DNA of 64,000 nt, the filler included, from Gonapodya sp. JEL0774 (Eukaryota), in NCBI GenBank assembly GCA_027604505.1. It is 40 parts of 40 records of this genome, joined end to end, with 100 filler letters (N's around TTAATTAATTAA, not from the genome) between each part and the next. Parts side by side here need not be neighbours in the genome. Positions count along the whole stretch, not along the records: positions 25,793 to 27,297 come from JADIIX010003041.1; positions 27,398 to 28,902 come from JADIIX010003042.1; positions 29,003 to 30,505 come from JADIIX010003043.1; positions 30,606 to 32,108 come from JADIIX010003044.1; positions 32,209 to 33,711 come from JADIIX010003045.1; positions 33,812 to 35,314 come from JADIIX010003046.1; positions 35,415 to 36,916 come from JADIIX010003047.1; positions 37,017 to 38,517 come from JADIIX010003048.1; 32 more parts are not named here. The stretch is one strand, 5' to 3'. The notes under the pieces are model-generated. The model searched no databases and was not told the DNA's origin. It saw nothing but the letters and a program-made list of their open reading frames with translations. The position numbers and the translations under genes are program-made. Positions 25,693 to 39,195 of this stretch are shown one piece after another; position 1 is the stretch's first letter; the number at the start of each line of letters is the position of its first letter.

Positions 25693-26884
25693 NNNNNNNN
25701 NNNNNNNNNNNNNNNNNNNNNNNNNNNNNNNNNNNNTTAATTAATTAANNNNNNNNNNNNNNNNNNNNNNNNNNNNNNNNNNNNNNNNNNNNACCATCCG
25801 TGGTGTATTTTACAATGGTAACAGGTCGGTAACGCGACATGGGAACAACTAGATTTTTTCCAGTGGTTGATTCCAGGCATGTCTGAAACAAGTGGTTCGT
25901 GGCGGTTTACCGGAGGGCGTCTCTCATGCACTGTGATGATGTCCCCTCCGGCACCGCTTGCACATCAGCAGCACAGTCTTGGTTCGGAAGGGACTCATCA
26001 CGATGAAGCATCAATGTGTGCGTCCTTTGATTTATGGTTGGGCCTGTTTTTTAAATACAACGGTACATATAGTAATCACAGGCTCAATCTGGTTCGCGTT
26101 GTCCTCTCACGTAAAGCACAATGAGCCGTCAGCCTTTTGGCCGTTCTCACCGGCTTGCAGCATCATTTGCATGTTTGAACATGCATTCGGCATGCGGCTG
26201 AACCCTTTTTCGCGAGATTCGGTGATTGAATATTGAAACCGCCGAGGCCCCGATCAACACGGGAGGATTACAAAGGAGTGCATCACTTGCTCAGAGAGTA
26301 CGCCATGTATTGTATACTTCTCCAGCGAACATGATTGCACTGGGAGAACATCATATGTGGTGAGCTCCGTATGATACTATTGACGTCACCTACTATTAAA
26401 AATTCGTCCGAAATATTTCCAGATGTTAGAACACCAACCGGACCAACTTTATGGAAGGTCGATCTCAGCCGATTCACCATTCGTGGAGTCATCCGGTGGC
26501 GCTCTTTTCTCAGCACGGGCCGAGGAATATCCCGCAGGTATGAAAATGGCGCCATTGTCTCTGTCTTGTTCGAAGTCCCACAATCACGGCCCACGATCAC
26601 TCCACAGTGGTTGGAACTCGCAATCTACGCTGCTCATTCGATTCAGAATCAGACATTTCGCGTAGCTTCACCTCGATTTGGAATGGCGGCTTTTCTGTAC
26701 CCCTCAGATCCAATGTCTCACCACCCACCGACGACCCCTGAAAATAATAAGCGATGACCTTTGTCAGGCTAACCGGAGGCACGATGCTTATTCCAAAATT
26801 GCGTCGCTGGGATCGCATCATCTGCATATAAACCTTCCTTTCTTTTCTGTCGCGACACTATCACTTTCTCTACTCGACGTCATT

Positions 26885-27297
26885 ATGCGCGCTTCAACCA
26901 TCCTCGGTGCCCTTCTTGTCGCACCTCTCGCCGCTGTCGTCTCTGCTCAAGGGACTCTGTTAGCTGCCCGTACGTTGCTGTTCCACGAATGACCTATTTC
27001 CAGTTCCAAATTGAGACCCACCCCTCATCGATCTAGTCACCAGCACCGTTCCAGCTGGAAAGCCTTACAACCTTACAGTGCTTCAATCGCTGGTCTCGCC
27101 CGCGGTTCTCGGGAACGAAACTTTCAACTTCCTTGCCACCGCTCTTGGAGGAGGTTCCAACTTGACTGTTTTCGCGTAAGTGTAGCGTACCGCCCCCTTT
27201 CCATCAATCAAACATCTCAGCAGTTGATTGAAACGTCTTTCGCGAGCGCAGTCCCACCGATACAGCCTTCAACACACTAATCACCCAGTACGTACTC
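26885..27297 (+). CDS. Secreted fasciclin (FAS1) domain protein, 5' part
   Basis: Signal peptide MRASTILGALLVAPLAAVVSA; spliced NLTVFA|PTDTAF (FAS1 H1 motif). Confidence 0.75.
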
Positions 27298-27461
27298 NNN
27301 NNNNNNNNNNNNNNNNNNNNNNNNNNNNNNNNNNNNNNNNNTTAATTAATTAANNNNNNNNNNNNNNNNNNNNNNNNNNNNNNNNNNNNNNNNNNNNCGA
27401 TTTCTCATCTCGCATCACGTTCGCTTCTTCTTTCCATCAACTATTCTCCGTGGAATTGCAG

Positions 27462-28551
27462 GCCTCCGGCGTTGGCCGCCGTCACCAGTCGAACCAGCCC
27501 TCCATCTTCCCCCCTGATGTGTCATCTCTCAAAAACCTCGGAAAGTTCGATAGGTCAGTTTGCTGAGCCCTTGCCCAGTGAGATGGACATCAGATGAATC
27601 CGGAGATGTTTTTGAGTTCTCAATTTATTGGGATTCGGGGAATCTGGCTGAAAGCGGACAAGAATGTCGAGTACGGCGATAAGGATGCGAGTTCCGTCTG
27701 ACCCACGACGAATCTGGAGCGGCGGTGGTGGCCCAGCAGTCTGTTCTCTCTCTCCAATGTGAACCATCTCGATACTTTCTGTGTATTCTGAACTACCAGG
27801 ACTCGGGACGCGAATGAAAACCCCGTCAGTGAAGCGGAGTTCGGAGCACGTTCCCTGGCACCAATTGGACTGTGGGACCTGGGCGACGGCCAATACTGTA
27901 GCGTGCATGCGTTGAGATGATTTACTGTTATGCGCTAGAGTCAGGCGGCCCACAGGAACCTAGTGTGTGGCTTTGAAGGTTCGAGACGGGCATCCCATAC
28001 ACACGCAACACTCCATCTTTTTGTTCTGGGGCCTCAATCTTGATCATCGTTTCGTCTTTCCCACTCTAACTCACTTCGTTTGTCCCTCTTATATATTCTC
28101 CCTCTTCACCTCCAGCGAGTTCCCTACCTCTCACCCCTATCTCTTCAACCAAATGAAGGACTTCTACCTCCGCGTAGCCAAGGGCCCCGCGCCTGCCCTC
28201 CCGCCTACTCGTAACCTCATTGAAATGTACACCCGCAAGTACATGACAAGGGGAAAAGAGAGCGCCCTCCCGCTGTTGCATTTAGTTTTGTTGATTGTGC
28301 CAGTTGGGTATGTGATTAAGTCAGGGTACTCTGGTGAGTGTGTGATATGGAAGGGTTCAAGGGAGCCTGTCTGGTGGATTGCTCTCGATATTGGTTGGTC
28401 ACTGGGGCACCTCCCACGGTCAATTGACTTTGGGGTAAAATCATCGGATGTTCTGTCGTTGACCGTTTACCCCCTGACGGCACGTGCTTTTGTGTGAACA
28501 TTACTCGGTCCTTCCGCAGGCCACATCCACCCCAACCGCGAGTTCCACTAA
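27462..28551 (+). CDS. ATP17: Mitochondrial ATP synthase subunit f
   Basis: SIFPPDVSSL; DFYLRVAKGPAP...YTRKYM...SALPLLHLVLLIVPVGY; last exon GHIHPNREFH*. Confidence 0.75.
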
Positions 28552-29002
28552 AGCAGGATAGAGTCGAGGTGTGGTCGGAGTGTAAATGTCTATTGCATGG
28601 CAGTCGTGTTCGCAATAGAAGCTCCAAGAAAACAATACCGGCGCCGTCTCCAGTGCACTCGAGTTTTTGAGACTGTCGAGGTTGGGAGACTGACATTTTC
28701 CGCATAAAGTCGGGTATGCCAGAGTCATATTGTGTCCATTATGCATAACAATTACGACACACGGTTCCATGCAGTAAGTCCAGTTCGACAGGAACTCCCA
28801 TGACCCTTCTGAGGTCCGAGATTCGGCTCCCGTCGAGACAAGCATGTCCTACCTCGCCCTCTCCGGTAACCATCGCTTCAACACCACCTCCTTCACTTTC
28901 ACNNNNNNNNNNNNNNNNNNNNNNNNNNNNNNNNNNNNNNNNNNNNTTAATTAATTAANNNNNNNNNNNNNNNNNNNNNNNNNNNNNNNNNNNNNNNNNN
29001 NN

Positions 29003-30505
29003 CAACCGACTGCAGTGCTTTCGCGCATCAATGAGTCCAACTTGGAGGTCCTTCGCGTTTGCTCATCGCGAGCGTTGCTGCGACTTCTGCATGTGAGTCT
29101 GTCGTGGGGAATTTGAAATCGTGCTGATAGTCAGTTTTTGACTTTCTGAGTTCGCTACAGTTTGCCGGAGATTTTGAAATCACGAAATCTGTGACATACG
29201 ATTTTCTGAATACTATGTATACCCTCTCCGCTACACAGTCAGCCAAGCTGGACAGATGGACTGAGGTTCGACTCGGAAACGTGCTCATGGCTCTACAGGA
29301 ATTAGCTACATTGGGTTCACTCGACAAAAGCCTTAGAGAAGTGAGTTCGCCTAAAAGGAGGAGGTTTGTGCTAAACTCTAAGGGAATTTCTTTCAGGTTT
29401 CCTCTGCCATCTCGTCTGCATTTCTTGCAAGACAGTTTGGCGCCTCGAGCCCAACCCACCTCGAAGTGCTGACTAATTTTGCACTAGCTGAACCCGCCAA
29501 TGAATTTGCTTTGGAAATTTTGATGCAGGCGTATAAGAAAGATGTCTTTATTCGACCGCAGGTACGCAAATGCACCGAGTGATGTTATGGGATCCAATCG
29601 ATTTCGCCATCTGAATCACCTACGTCCCAAATCTCAGATTCTTTCAAAGTTTCGTGTTTTAGGAGCTGGCTGGGGCCTGAGGGATCGACTTCAAAACTTG
29701 CTTGATGCTCTGATTGACCTCGTACTGGACGCGAATGTTACGCACCGCAACGCCACGACCAGTTCTTCGCCCGTATGTGCAACTTCTTTGCCCGTTGGTA
29801 TTCGCGATTTCATGGACTCATAATTCGATCCTTGTGATCTTAAGTCTGACAATCTGTTTGAGATTGTTTCATGCATTCGCCTGGTTGTCCTGAATCCGGC
29901 ATCTGAAACCAATGTCGATCAGAGCGAGGTCAACATAGTTCGCTTCCGCCGACTTTGGATCGCTTTATCCCAAAAGTGGCTCGAGTCGACAGGCCTTTGG
30001 TCGAAAAATGTGGATGTGAAGGTTTTGCGAGATATTGCTGCCCGTTCTCCTGTGCTTGTTCCAAGAAATTCGAAGGTCTCTATTGTCACACAAATTCAGT
30101 CTTCATCTTTGAAAACACTGTTCCCAGATTCAGTGCGTAATTGACTCTGACAGCATTGTTGTTCCGGCGATTAGATGCTAACCCTCCCACACATCTTCAG
30201 TATATTTCTAGGATGCAGAACATGACCACAGGTCGTTATACCACAAGAGAAAGCTCTGACTTATATTTTGCCTTCATGGGAGTTGTTTGGGCTCTTGAGC
30301 GACTCAGGGCCTCGTCTGGCGACGCCGCAACGACTTTGTTGTATCTCGCAGCAGTGGGTCCCTTTGAACCTGAATACGAGGAAATCACAGAAGCACTGTT
30401 GGCAGAAGTAAGTTTTTCAACTCAAACGTTACAGTGAATCACCGAAGACTTCATTCACCTGGGTTCTGATGTCCAGTGCATCGAGATGTTCGCCCAAAAA
30501 GAACG
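29003..30505 (+). CDS. Multi-exon hypothetical helical protein fragment
   Basis: Several Leu-rich open segments bounded by GT/AG sites; family not recognised. Confidence 0.35.
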
Positions 30506-30910
30506 NNNNNNNNNNNNNNNNNNNNNNNNNNNNNNNNNNNNNNNNNNNNTTAATTAATTAANNNNNNNNNNNNNNNNNNNNNNNNNNNNNNNNNNNNNNN
30601 NNNNNTCAAGACCGAGGTTTTGCGTGCAGCTGTTCATGCAACTCGGCCTTGGGCGCAACGTACTTTCCAGTCCGATGTGAGCAAGCAACAGGGGGGTGAT
30701 TTCAAGACGATTGAGCTGGTCCATCGTTTGTTAGTTGCCGAGAAGTTCGGGTTATGTTGATCTTTCGTCGACCGCGGACGGACGGAGTTCGCCAACACCA
30801 GAATTCGTTGTACCCAACCACCACCTTAAAATTTAAACTGAACATGCTGGATCCTCTTTCTTATGTACAACGGAGACACATATTACTGTAAGAAGGTCTT
30901 GGGCCGAAAA

Positions 30911-32108
30911 TCAATGACAACTCCTCGCCAAATCCTCAATCATCTTCGTCAGGTCCGCGACTCCCACGTCCACGGGTGATCCCCCATTCCGCCCTTCAAT
31001 GACTTGCTCCTTTTGATCCGCCGTGAGGTCCAGGAATCGCTCCACAACGTCTCCATCTATGAAGCCAGACGAGTCTGCGAGACGTTGGTCGTTGCAGAAA
31101 GAGCGCCAGCTGCGTATCGCGTTAGCATATTGATCAGAGACATGTCGAATTTGAAATGAGCCAAGTGCCTGAGTCGCGAACTCACGTGGCGTGGTCGAAA
31201 CTTCCGACTGGCTTCAACACACAATTGATGTTGGTCTCAATCTTTTGTAGAAGCGCGTAGCGCTCAGGTGTAAGCGACGCAACAATTCCTATGGTACCAT
31301 TGACCGTGCCAAAGAGAAGCAGGGGTTTGGCAGCGGGTTCGGTATCGGGGAGGTTCATAACCAATGAACCTTTATCGTAAGGGAACGATAGCGCGAGAGA
31401 TCAATTCTTGCTCAGAGTGCAATCGGAAACCAAGCCGTCGATCGCGTCAAGTCCAGGCATCCAAATACGCACCCGGCTTGAACCTGTTCACAAGGTCCCC
31501 TACATGCCACTCCCCCACTCCCACCAATCGCCTCCGCTCGTCCTCCGATTGCGCCTCCGCGTATCGCCTCAGCCCAAAGATATTGAAACTGTTGTCCACT
31601 CCGATCACCAAATCATCCGCCAAAGTCTCCACAGCGGTCATCCAATTTGTGTTGTAGTCCCGGGCGACCTCCACCAGGGTTTCGACAGGAGGGTTGCCGG
31701 TTTGCTGCAAGGTAAGCAGCGAGACGGACTTCATGAGGTCTGCAACAGCGATGAGGTTGCCACGGACGGCGAGTTGGAAGGCGAGGATGTGCCCATGATG
31801 GGCACACATTCGATTCAGGGATGGCTCAAACGCGGTGGTGAGCCGGTACATAAGAACCTTAACCGGTAGAAATCCACATTGACGTATTCATCGATGAGGA
31901 CGCATTCGATGTGCACCACGCTCACAAACACCGCGAGTCTCACCTTGCTATTCACACCAACTGCTAGTCGCCCATTCACCTCCCCGAAGCAGTACACCGC
32001 ACCAGGCACCTCTATTTCGGTAATCAGACGCAACCTCTTTGCTTCCGTTAACTCAATCACGAGAAGCCGGCCTCTCTTCGGTTCCTCTTCCTCAGTCGGG
32101 TCGGGTAC
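30911..32108 (-). CDS. DDB1: DNA damage-binding protein 1 (CUL4 adaptor), C-terminal part
   Basis: GAVYCF, DLMKSVSLL, EVARDYNTNWMTAVE, WHVGDLVNRFKPG, LFGTVNGTIG, GFIDGDVVERFLDL; stop at 30911. Confidence 0.92.
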
Positions 32109-34894
32109 NNNNNNNNNNNNNNNNNNNNNNNNNNNNNNNNNNNNNNNNNNNNTTAATTAATTAANNNNNNNNNNNNNNNNNNNNNNNNNNNNNNNNNNNN
32201 NNNNNNNNTCCGGTACATCTGGTACATCAGGTACGGGAGCAGTGACGACAAGCAAACCTAGCGGAGTTGGAAAGACGAGGGTGGTGGGTGGTTGGATTGC
32301 CACCATGCTGCTGGCAATGCTGGCAACGATGGCCATTGCGATAGCGTAATGTGTCTCAACGCAAATGGCTAGCGTGAGAGTGTCATGTAGGAACTACTAT
32401 GCATGTTTGGAGTGACAAGTCAATACTTCTTTGATGTTGGGTTGGCATCTTGCACTTGTCGGTCTCTGCCGAACCAGCCTATCACAAAAGCTGGTATGGC
32501 GGTGCTGTGACGAGCGCAAGTGGTTATTTTTTGATGTTGGACTAAAGAATTCACACGAGGCGCTCGCAGGGTAAGCATCCTCTATAGTTCGCCCACGGCG
32601 TTGCGCCGGCTCACACGAGGGTGTTCGCAGCGGGGTCGCATAACCCGCCCGCGAGTTATTTCTCTGCACGTCTTTTTCTTCCATGCCCTTCTCCCATGGG
32701 TAAACCTAAGAAGGGCACTAGTGGCAAGCTCCCCTTCCTCCTGGGGGGACAGAGAACCCACTCTACTACCCCTGGGACCTGCACGCTTTGGTTTCATGAC
32801 CGAAACCGGGGGCGGCGAAAATATCAAAAGACGGCAAACACTCCTCGGTCCTTTCGGACAACGGTTCAGACCTGCGCATTTCGCAACTCACGACTCAAGT
32901 ACAGACTCTGCAGCACCGTTGACTACATATTGCACTTATTGCCAACGCGAGCTGGAGGAAGATCTTAGTAAAAACAAGCGGGTTTCACAAGTGGATGGAA
33001 ACTGAGATCTCGCACGTTGACGCGAACAAGGACTTCCTGGTGGTGCAGACACCTCAAATCGCACGCTTGCGAGACAATACGATGTGGTGGTACAGGAGTA
33101 GAGGGAGGCGGATCTGGTTAAAGCGCACTGGACCAGTGGAGTGTAAGTCACCACGTTTACAAAGTTGTGCCTCATCACATATCAAAACTGAACCTCCTAC
33201 AATCACGATTCGCAAAATTATGAAAGGAAACTGTAAGTGGATCGGCCGGGTAATTCAAGGGTCCAAGATGAATGACCCATCGGAAATCGGAAGGAGCTCC
33301 CAACGCGGTTCTCAACGCTGATCGCACTCTGTTTTGCTCGTGGATAAAGTTTATGCATGTCCGGCAACGGGTCACATTCCTTTTTGGACAAAAGAATGAA
33401 CGGTGGGAAGTCGCACTGCTCCCTTGGGAGACCTGTCCCCGCACTTCCCCACGTAGCAGACCCTCCCACAGCATTCCCTTTTTATCCATATAACCCAACA
33501 CGAAATCTAGAATAACCAAGTACTAACTCCGCTTTACAATTTTATTAGATTTTCATATCTTGTGATGTGGGCTGCTCTCTCTTCACGCCTTCGTTCGAAG
33601 ACATTTCTTCTTTGATTGGGATGAAAATTACCACTCACCATCTGTTGAGAAATCCCCTCTGCTCGCAACGATAAAAGTGAACGACCTTTTGATCGTAATG
33701 AAAACTGTTTANNNNNNNNNNNNNNNNNNNNNNNNNNNNNNNNNNNNNNNNNNNNTTAATTAATTAANNNNNNNNNNNNNNNNNNNNNNNNNNNNNNNNN
33801 NNNNNNNNNNNTCGAATGTGGGAATTGGGGGGTGAATTTTATTTATTATCGCTGTTTCTCTCTCCCTCCCGACCTGTCACCACACACGAGTCTGCTGGTG
33901 ATAACATCAGCGGGGGAGAATGAAAAACGAAGAATAAGCATTGAAGCATTGAAACCAATTTTATATCTTTGATTGTATGGACTGGTGACCCCTCACCGCA
34001 CGGTTCAAAGATTTGTCGGTGGTTGGGGTAGTGGGGCTGTGGTCAACAGGGTGTTGGGACACGGCCAGGGGAGGGAACACAAGCACAGATCCATCCATCG
34101 TCCAAAGGTTGGTTGACCACACGTCCACACAGGTTCCAGTCAGGTGGATGCAGCTCAGAGTCACGGACACGCGGTGGACGCGATTCGACGGGAAACAAAG
34201 GACAAGAAGGGGGGAAAAGGAGGGGACGACTTGGACAGTGGCGATGATTGAGGACGAGACTCAAGGGGGACAGGCAGAGTTCATTACGGGCATGGTGGAC
34301 ACAACACACTCATGGACTCGGGACACTCGGTGACTCGGTCGGGGACATGGAACGCGCCATGGCAGTCCGGGTGGGGGTGATGATGATGGACTTGAGTCCC
34401 ATTAGCACACAATCCAGAGTCCCCGCCTCGCCCTCAACCCATCCAATCTCAACTCTCTCGACCACACTCCTAAAACGAAATGAAAAAAGACTTCCCCATT
34501 CCTCTGCCTATTCTGACTGGCTTTCGCCGGGACGCCATCTCGACCCTCGGGAACCCCGCACGGGAGGCCGGGAGGCCGGGAGAGACCGGGAGACCTGGAG
34601 ACCGGAGACGGGAGAATGACAGGATGATGGATGATGGATATGAGTGGACGAGGAGGACAAGAATGGAGTGCGGGGAGTTACTCCGACTTGTCATGTGAAG
34701 ACGAAGAGACCGGAGACCAAGGGGAGACTGAGACGGTTGCACACGGAAGCACAGAAAATGCGTCGACCAGACCCCGGCACACTGGGGTCGTGAAAATACA
34801 TGTACCCGCCTCCCCTCCTCACACCCTCCCTTTTCCTCCTACTCACTCCTCCATCCCACCTCCACCCTTCCCTCTATACCCCCTCCCCCCCCAG

Positions 34895-35314
34895 ATGGGT
34901 CGCCGTCCCGCCCGCTGCTACCGCTACTGCAAGAACAAGCCTTACCCCAAATCCAGGTTCTGTCGCGGTGTGCCGGACCCCAAGGTGCGTTTCCGTTGCG
35001 TTGGGTTGGTGGGGAGGTGATGGGATTTGGGATGGCAGATTGCACGGGGTGGTGGTTGAGTGTGGGGAGTGGGGGTGGTGGGTGGGTGGTGCTGGTGACA
35101 GACGGGATTGGTGTGGCGCTGGTGCTGGTGCTGGTGGCGACAGACGGGATTGCTATGACGGTGCTTGGGACCATCTCTCGAGTGACTCTACCTGACCCAC
35201 CCTGCCGTGTTCCTCCCCCTCCCCCAACCCTTCCCTGCCCCCCTACAGATCCGCATCTTCGACCTTGGCCGCAAACGCGCCCCCGTCGACGAATTCCCCC
35301 TGTGCGTTCACTTG
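34895..35314 (+). CDS. RPL10: 60S ribosomal protein L10 (uL16), 5' exons
   Basis: [52 protein letters not shown]; intron 34985-35248. Confidence 0.97.
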
Positions 35315-35413
35315 NNNNNNNNNNNNNNNNNNNNNNNNNNNNNNNNNNNNNNNNNNNNTTAATTAATTAANNNNNNNNNNNNNNNNNNNNNNNNNNNNNN
35401 NNNNNNNNNNNNN

Positions 35414-36829
35414 NTCGCTTCAGTCCGGGAACGCCTTCGAGTGACTGAGCGTTACTATGATGAGATTGTTTCCACACACGTGATTCCTGTGACACCACCA
35501 GGCCTTGTCAACCAGGTCTCGGATATTTGGGATCCACTCAAGAAGTGCTACGACAGTTTGTGCCGGAGTGGAAGCTCTCTAATTGCCAATGGACGCTTGC
35601 TCGATATGTTGAAAAGACTGGCGGTGTTTGGCCTGACATTAGTGAAACTTGTAAGGTTGAAGGTTGATAGCAATTGTGTAACAATCACAACTGACACTTC
35701 GAACTCCCAGGATATCCGTCAAGAGTCAACCGAGCATACCGAAGCTCTCGACGCCATCACGAAGTACATTGGTCTCGGCCCCGATAGCTACAAGACGTGG
35801 TCCGAGAGGGACCGAGTTGACTGGCTTGTTCAGGAACTCCAGAGCAGACGTCCATTAGTTCCTGAATCATGGCCAGAAGAGAATGATAAGGATGTCAGTG
35901 AGATGACAAAGGAAGTCATCAAAACCTTCAGGACGCTTGGAAAAATTGGTTCGGATGCGCTGAATGTCTACGTGATTTCAATGGCACAAACAGTAGGTTT
36001 CCGACTCAGCTGTCCTTTCTATCAAATCAATTGATTGATGCATTTCGCTTGGTGCTATAAGTCGTCCGATGTTTTAGCTGTGTACCTTCTCCAGAAAACT
36101 TTTGGTGTGCGAGAACCACTGCCTGTGTGCCCTCTTTTCGAAACCAAGGCTGACTTGGAGAGTGAGATCATGAACTTGACTGCTGATCACTTGTGATGTA
36201 TTTTTTTGACACAATGACCTCTTAACGCCCTGTAACAGACTCCTTGGCGACAATGAAAGCCCTCTATGGCATCCCATGGTATATCAAACAAATCAAAGGC
36301 AACCAAGAGATCATGCTTGGCTACAGTGACTCAGCAAAGGTGAGCCCTTCTGGAAACATTTTGGGGTCGGAATACCCACAATTGAGATGAATTGTGCTGT
36401 TCCCAAGGATGCTGGTCGGCTCGCGAGTGTCTGGTCTCTTTGGGTGGCACAAGAGTCGCTTATGGAGATTTCGAATCAACATGGCGTGCGATTACAACTC
36501 TTCCATGGTAGAGGTGGCACAGTAGGCAGAGGCGGAGGTCCCCAACACCTGGCAATATTGTCGCAACCCCCAGGCACCATCAATGGACGAATGCGGTAAG
36601 ATAGCGATGTTCACTCACAAGTGCGATCGAGCTACGACGCAACTTCGCTGCTTTCAATATAGAATCACCATCCAAGGAGAGATCATTGACACCCATTTCG
36701 GGGGAGGTCTGCTCGGGACCGCTATACAGACTCTCGAACGTTACACCAATGCAGTCTTGCTAGCGACAATGCGACCTGGCTCATCCCCAAAACCAGCATG
36801 GAGGGACATGTTCAGTGAGCTGAGCGAGG
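35414..36829 (+). CDS. ppc: Phosphoenolpyruvate carboxylase, internal fragment with spliceosomal introns
   Basis: [64 protein letters not shown]. Confidence 0.93.
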
Positions 36830-37016
36830 TACGCTAGTTTTCTTGTCAACATACCCTGACAGTCGTCGCAAGGAACAGCGATCCCACATATATCCCACAT
36901 TTGTCTCTGACGTGACNNNNNNNNNNNNNNNNNNNNNNNNNNNNNNNNNNNNNNNNNNNNTTAATTAATTAANNNNNNNNNNNNNNNNNNNNNNNNNNNN
37001 NNNNNNNNNNNNNNNN

Positions 37017-38454
37017 GCTCCCTTCATCTCCTTGCTCAAGTCTTTCTGAACTCTTTTGCTTTGCTTCTTCCACTGCCTTTCGGCTTTCCTCCACTCCTTC
37101 CTTGCTTCCTTGAGTTGCTCTCGGGTCATACCATACGCCCAGTCATCAAATTCGTCCCTTACGGGGGTTGGCGCGTCTGAGTCATCTGAGTCACTGTCTG
37201 AGTCTGAATCACAGCTTTGATCCGCATTTGAAGCGTGGAAGCTAGAGCGAGCACGCAATTCCGCATGAGATGCCGCGGCGCGCGTGCGTATTTCACTGAC
37301 GACACGAGAGACTTCGGATTGAACTTGAGCGTAGAGGACGGTGGCAGAGCGGGTGAGCGTGACGCGCAGCTGAGACAATTTAAGGTCAGGAAAAGAAGAC
37401 CGAGGTCAGAGAATGAACACATCAAGTGGACAAAGGGTACAAGCTCACCTGTTCTACCAGCACTCCAACATCTCTCATTAGATCTGCCGTGACACGGTCC
37501 CTCTCTTGTCTGGTCGCCTCATCATCGCGACCGTCACGGGCCCCGCCGGCGGTAGTTACCGCAAGCAGCTGGACCGCGTGCACTAGTTCGTCCACTACGC
37601 GATTGAAGGAGGCCGAAAGGTCCATGGGCATAGCTGTGGGCGCAGAGTATGCTTGTTGAGCGGGTGATTCGGCGGAAGGAAGTATGGGTGCACCACCAGC
37701 GAAAGGTTCAAAAGACGGGGGTGCAACTTGTGCCTCCAGCGAAGGTTGAGTCAGATTCACTTGGATAGCATTACAGTGATCCATTGCCTTTTGGAGGTCC
37801 TCGGTGATGCGATCCAGAACTTGCTGCTGTGTGGGGGCGCTCGCGTCACTCATGGGCTCCGTGGTTCCTTCAGCCACTTCTGCTTCCATAGGATCGTCCG
37901 AGACTTTCTCCTTGCCCTTGATGCTCTCACTTGGTGGAACGGGCGCACTGGCAGTACGAGGATGTGCGTATTCAACGACAGGCACATCCGGTAGGGGAAC
38001 CACGGGCGGGTAGGACACGTCCAGAGCAGTAACATCATCGCTTACAACCTCGGATGACGTGGAGTGGGAAATAGTATCCACAGCCTGTGGGATGAGGCTC
38101 CAGTCATCAGAAGGGAGGGTGGAGACGACTTGTGGAGGAGGTTGAGACAGACGTGCAGAGTCCGGTCTGGGTTTACGGGGTGTGTGACGTGCGAGTTGAG
38201 ACTATGTAAAGTCTGACCAGCCAATTCCACGCACCTAATCATCATCTCTGTATCTCCTTGTCGGTCTGAAGGCTCCTCAGTGGAAGCTCCGTGCAACACT
38301 TGTACCGTGACTTTTACAGAATTCCGTCCTATCGCCCGCTGCAATTGAGCCAACTCCTGAAGCTCCAAATCAGAGTCGAGAGTAATCGCGTCACCATCAT
38401 CATCAAAGTAGGTAACAGAAACAGCAGACGAAATATTGAAAGCTTGACGAATCT
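37017..38454 (-). CDS. PB1-domain protein fragment
   Basis: IRQAFNISSAVSVTYFDDDGDAITLDSDLELQE (OPCA motif) followed by low-complexity and coiled segments. Confidence 0.65.
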
Positions 38455-38617
38455 GATGACGGAAGCGTGAGTCATTATGTGAGAGTCAACGAAACGACCA
38501 CCAGAAGCCCGCGCTAANNNNNNNNNNNNNNNNNNNNNNNNNNNNNNNNNNNNNNNNNNNNTTAATTAATTAANNNNNNNNNNNNNNNNNNNNNNNNNNN
38601 NNNNNNNNNNNNNNNNN

Positions 38618-39195
38618 ATTCACAAGTTCAAGATTGTTCACGGTTCTTTGTTGACAATCCGAAGGAGAACCGACTGGAGCCCACCGGAAATAAGTCTTTC
38701 CGCTACACGCTTCACGAATTGGGAGTAAGGGTTCCCAGGAGGAAGAATGCGATTGCCGTACTCTCGCATGATTTCTCGATAAGCGGAGCGTGACAGAATC
38801 TCTTCCTGTGATACTGTAATGTCCAAAAAGCGTCTCCGCTTCGTGAGAGGCACTTCCTCTAGGTGCGAATAATAGTATATGCCCGCCAAACCCATGCAAA
38901 CTCCCGTGTATGTCCAAAAGGTTTGTCGCAAGTATATCGGCGGCAGCTTGTCCTCGAAGTATTCATAGTCCGATCGTCGATTCCACTTATGACGACGCTG
39001 CATGTGCAAGACTGTTGCATAATGGCGCGACGCGCTCCGCTCTCGATAGAAAGTAGGATCGAGGTGAAGCATGCGTCTCGTATCAGTACTGCTAGTGCTG
39101 TTCCCGGGGTTCCGTACAGAGAAACCGCAAAGAGGCAAGGAATTCAGAGTGAGTCGAGTAGTTCGAAGCAACCATGGTGTTCGTGAGAGATTCAT
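38618..39195 (-). CDS. OMA1: Mitochondrial M48 metalloprotease Oma1, 5' part
   Basis: Presequence, then YYYSHLEEVPLTKRRRFLDIT...AYREIMREYGNRILPP...VKRVAERLI. Confidence 0.82.

Noticed and set aside
32209..33711. Multiple overlapping short ORFs
   Set aside because: No recognisable motifs or consistent exon structure; probably mostly intergenic
34555..35160. GGAGACC(G/T)G repeats upstream of RPL10 and a short duplication in its intron
   Set aside because: Short low-complexity sequence with no supportable function
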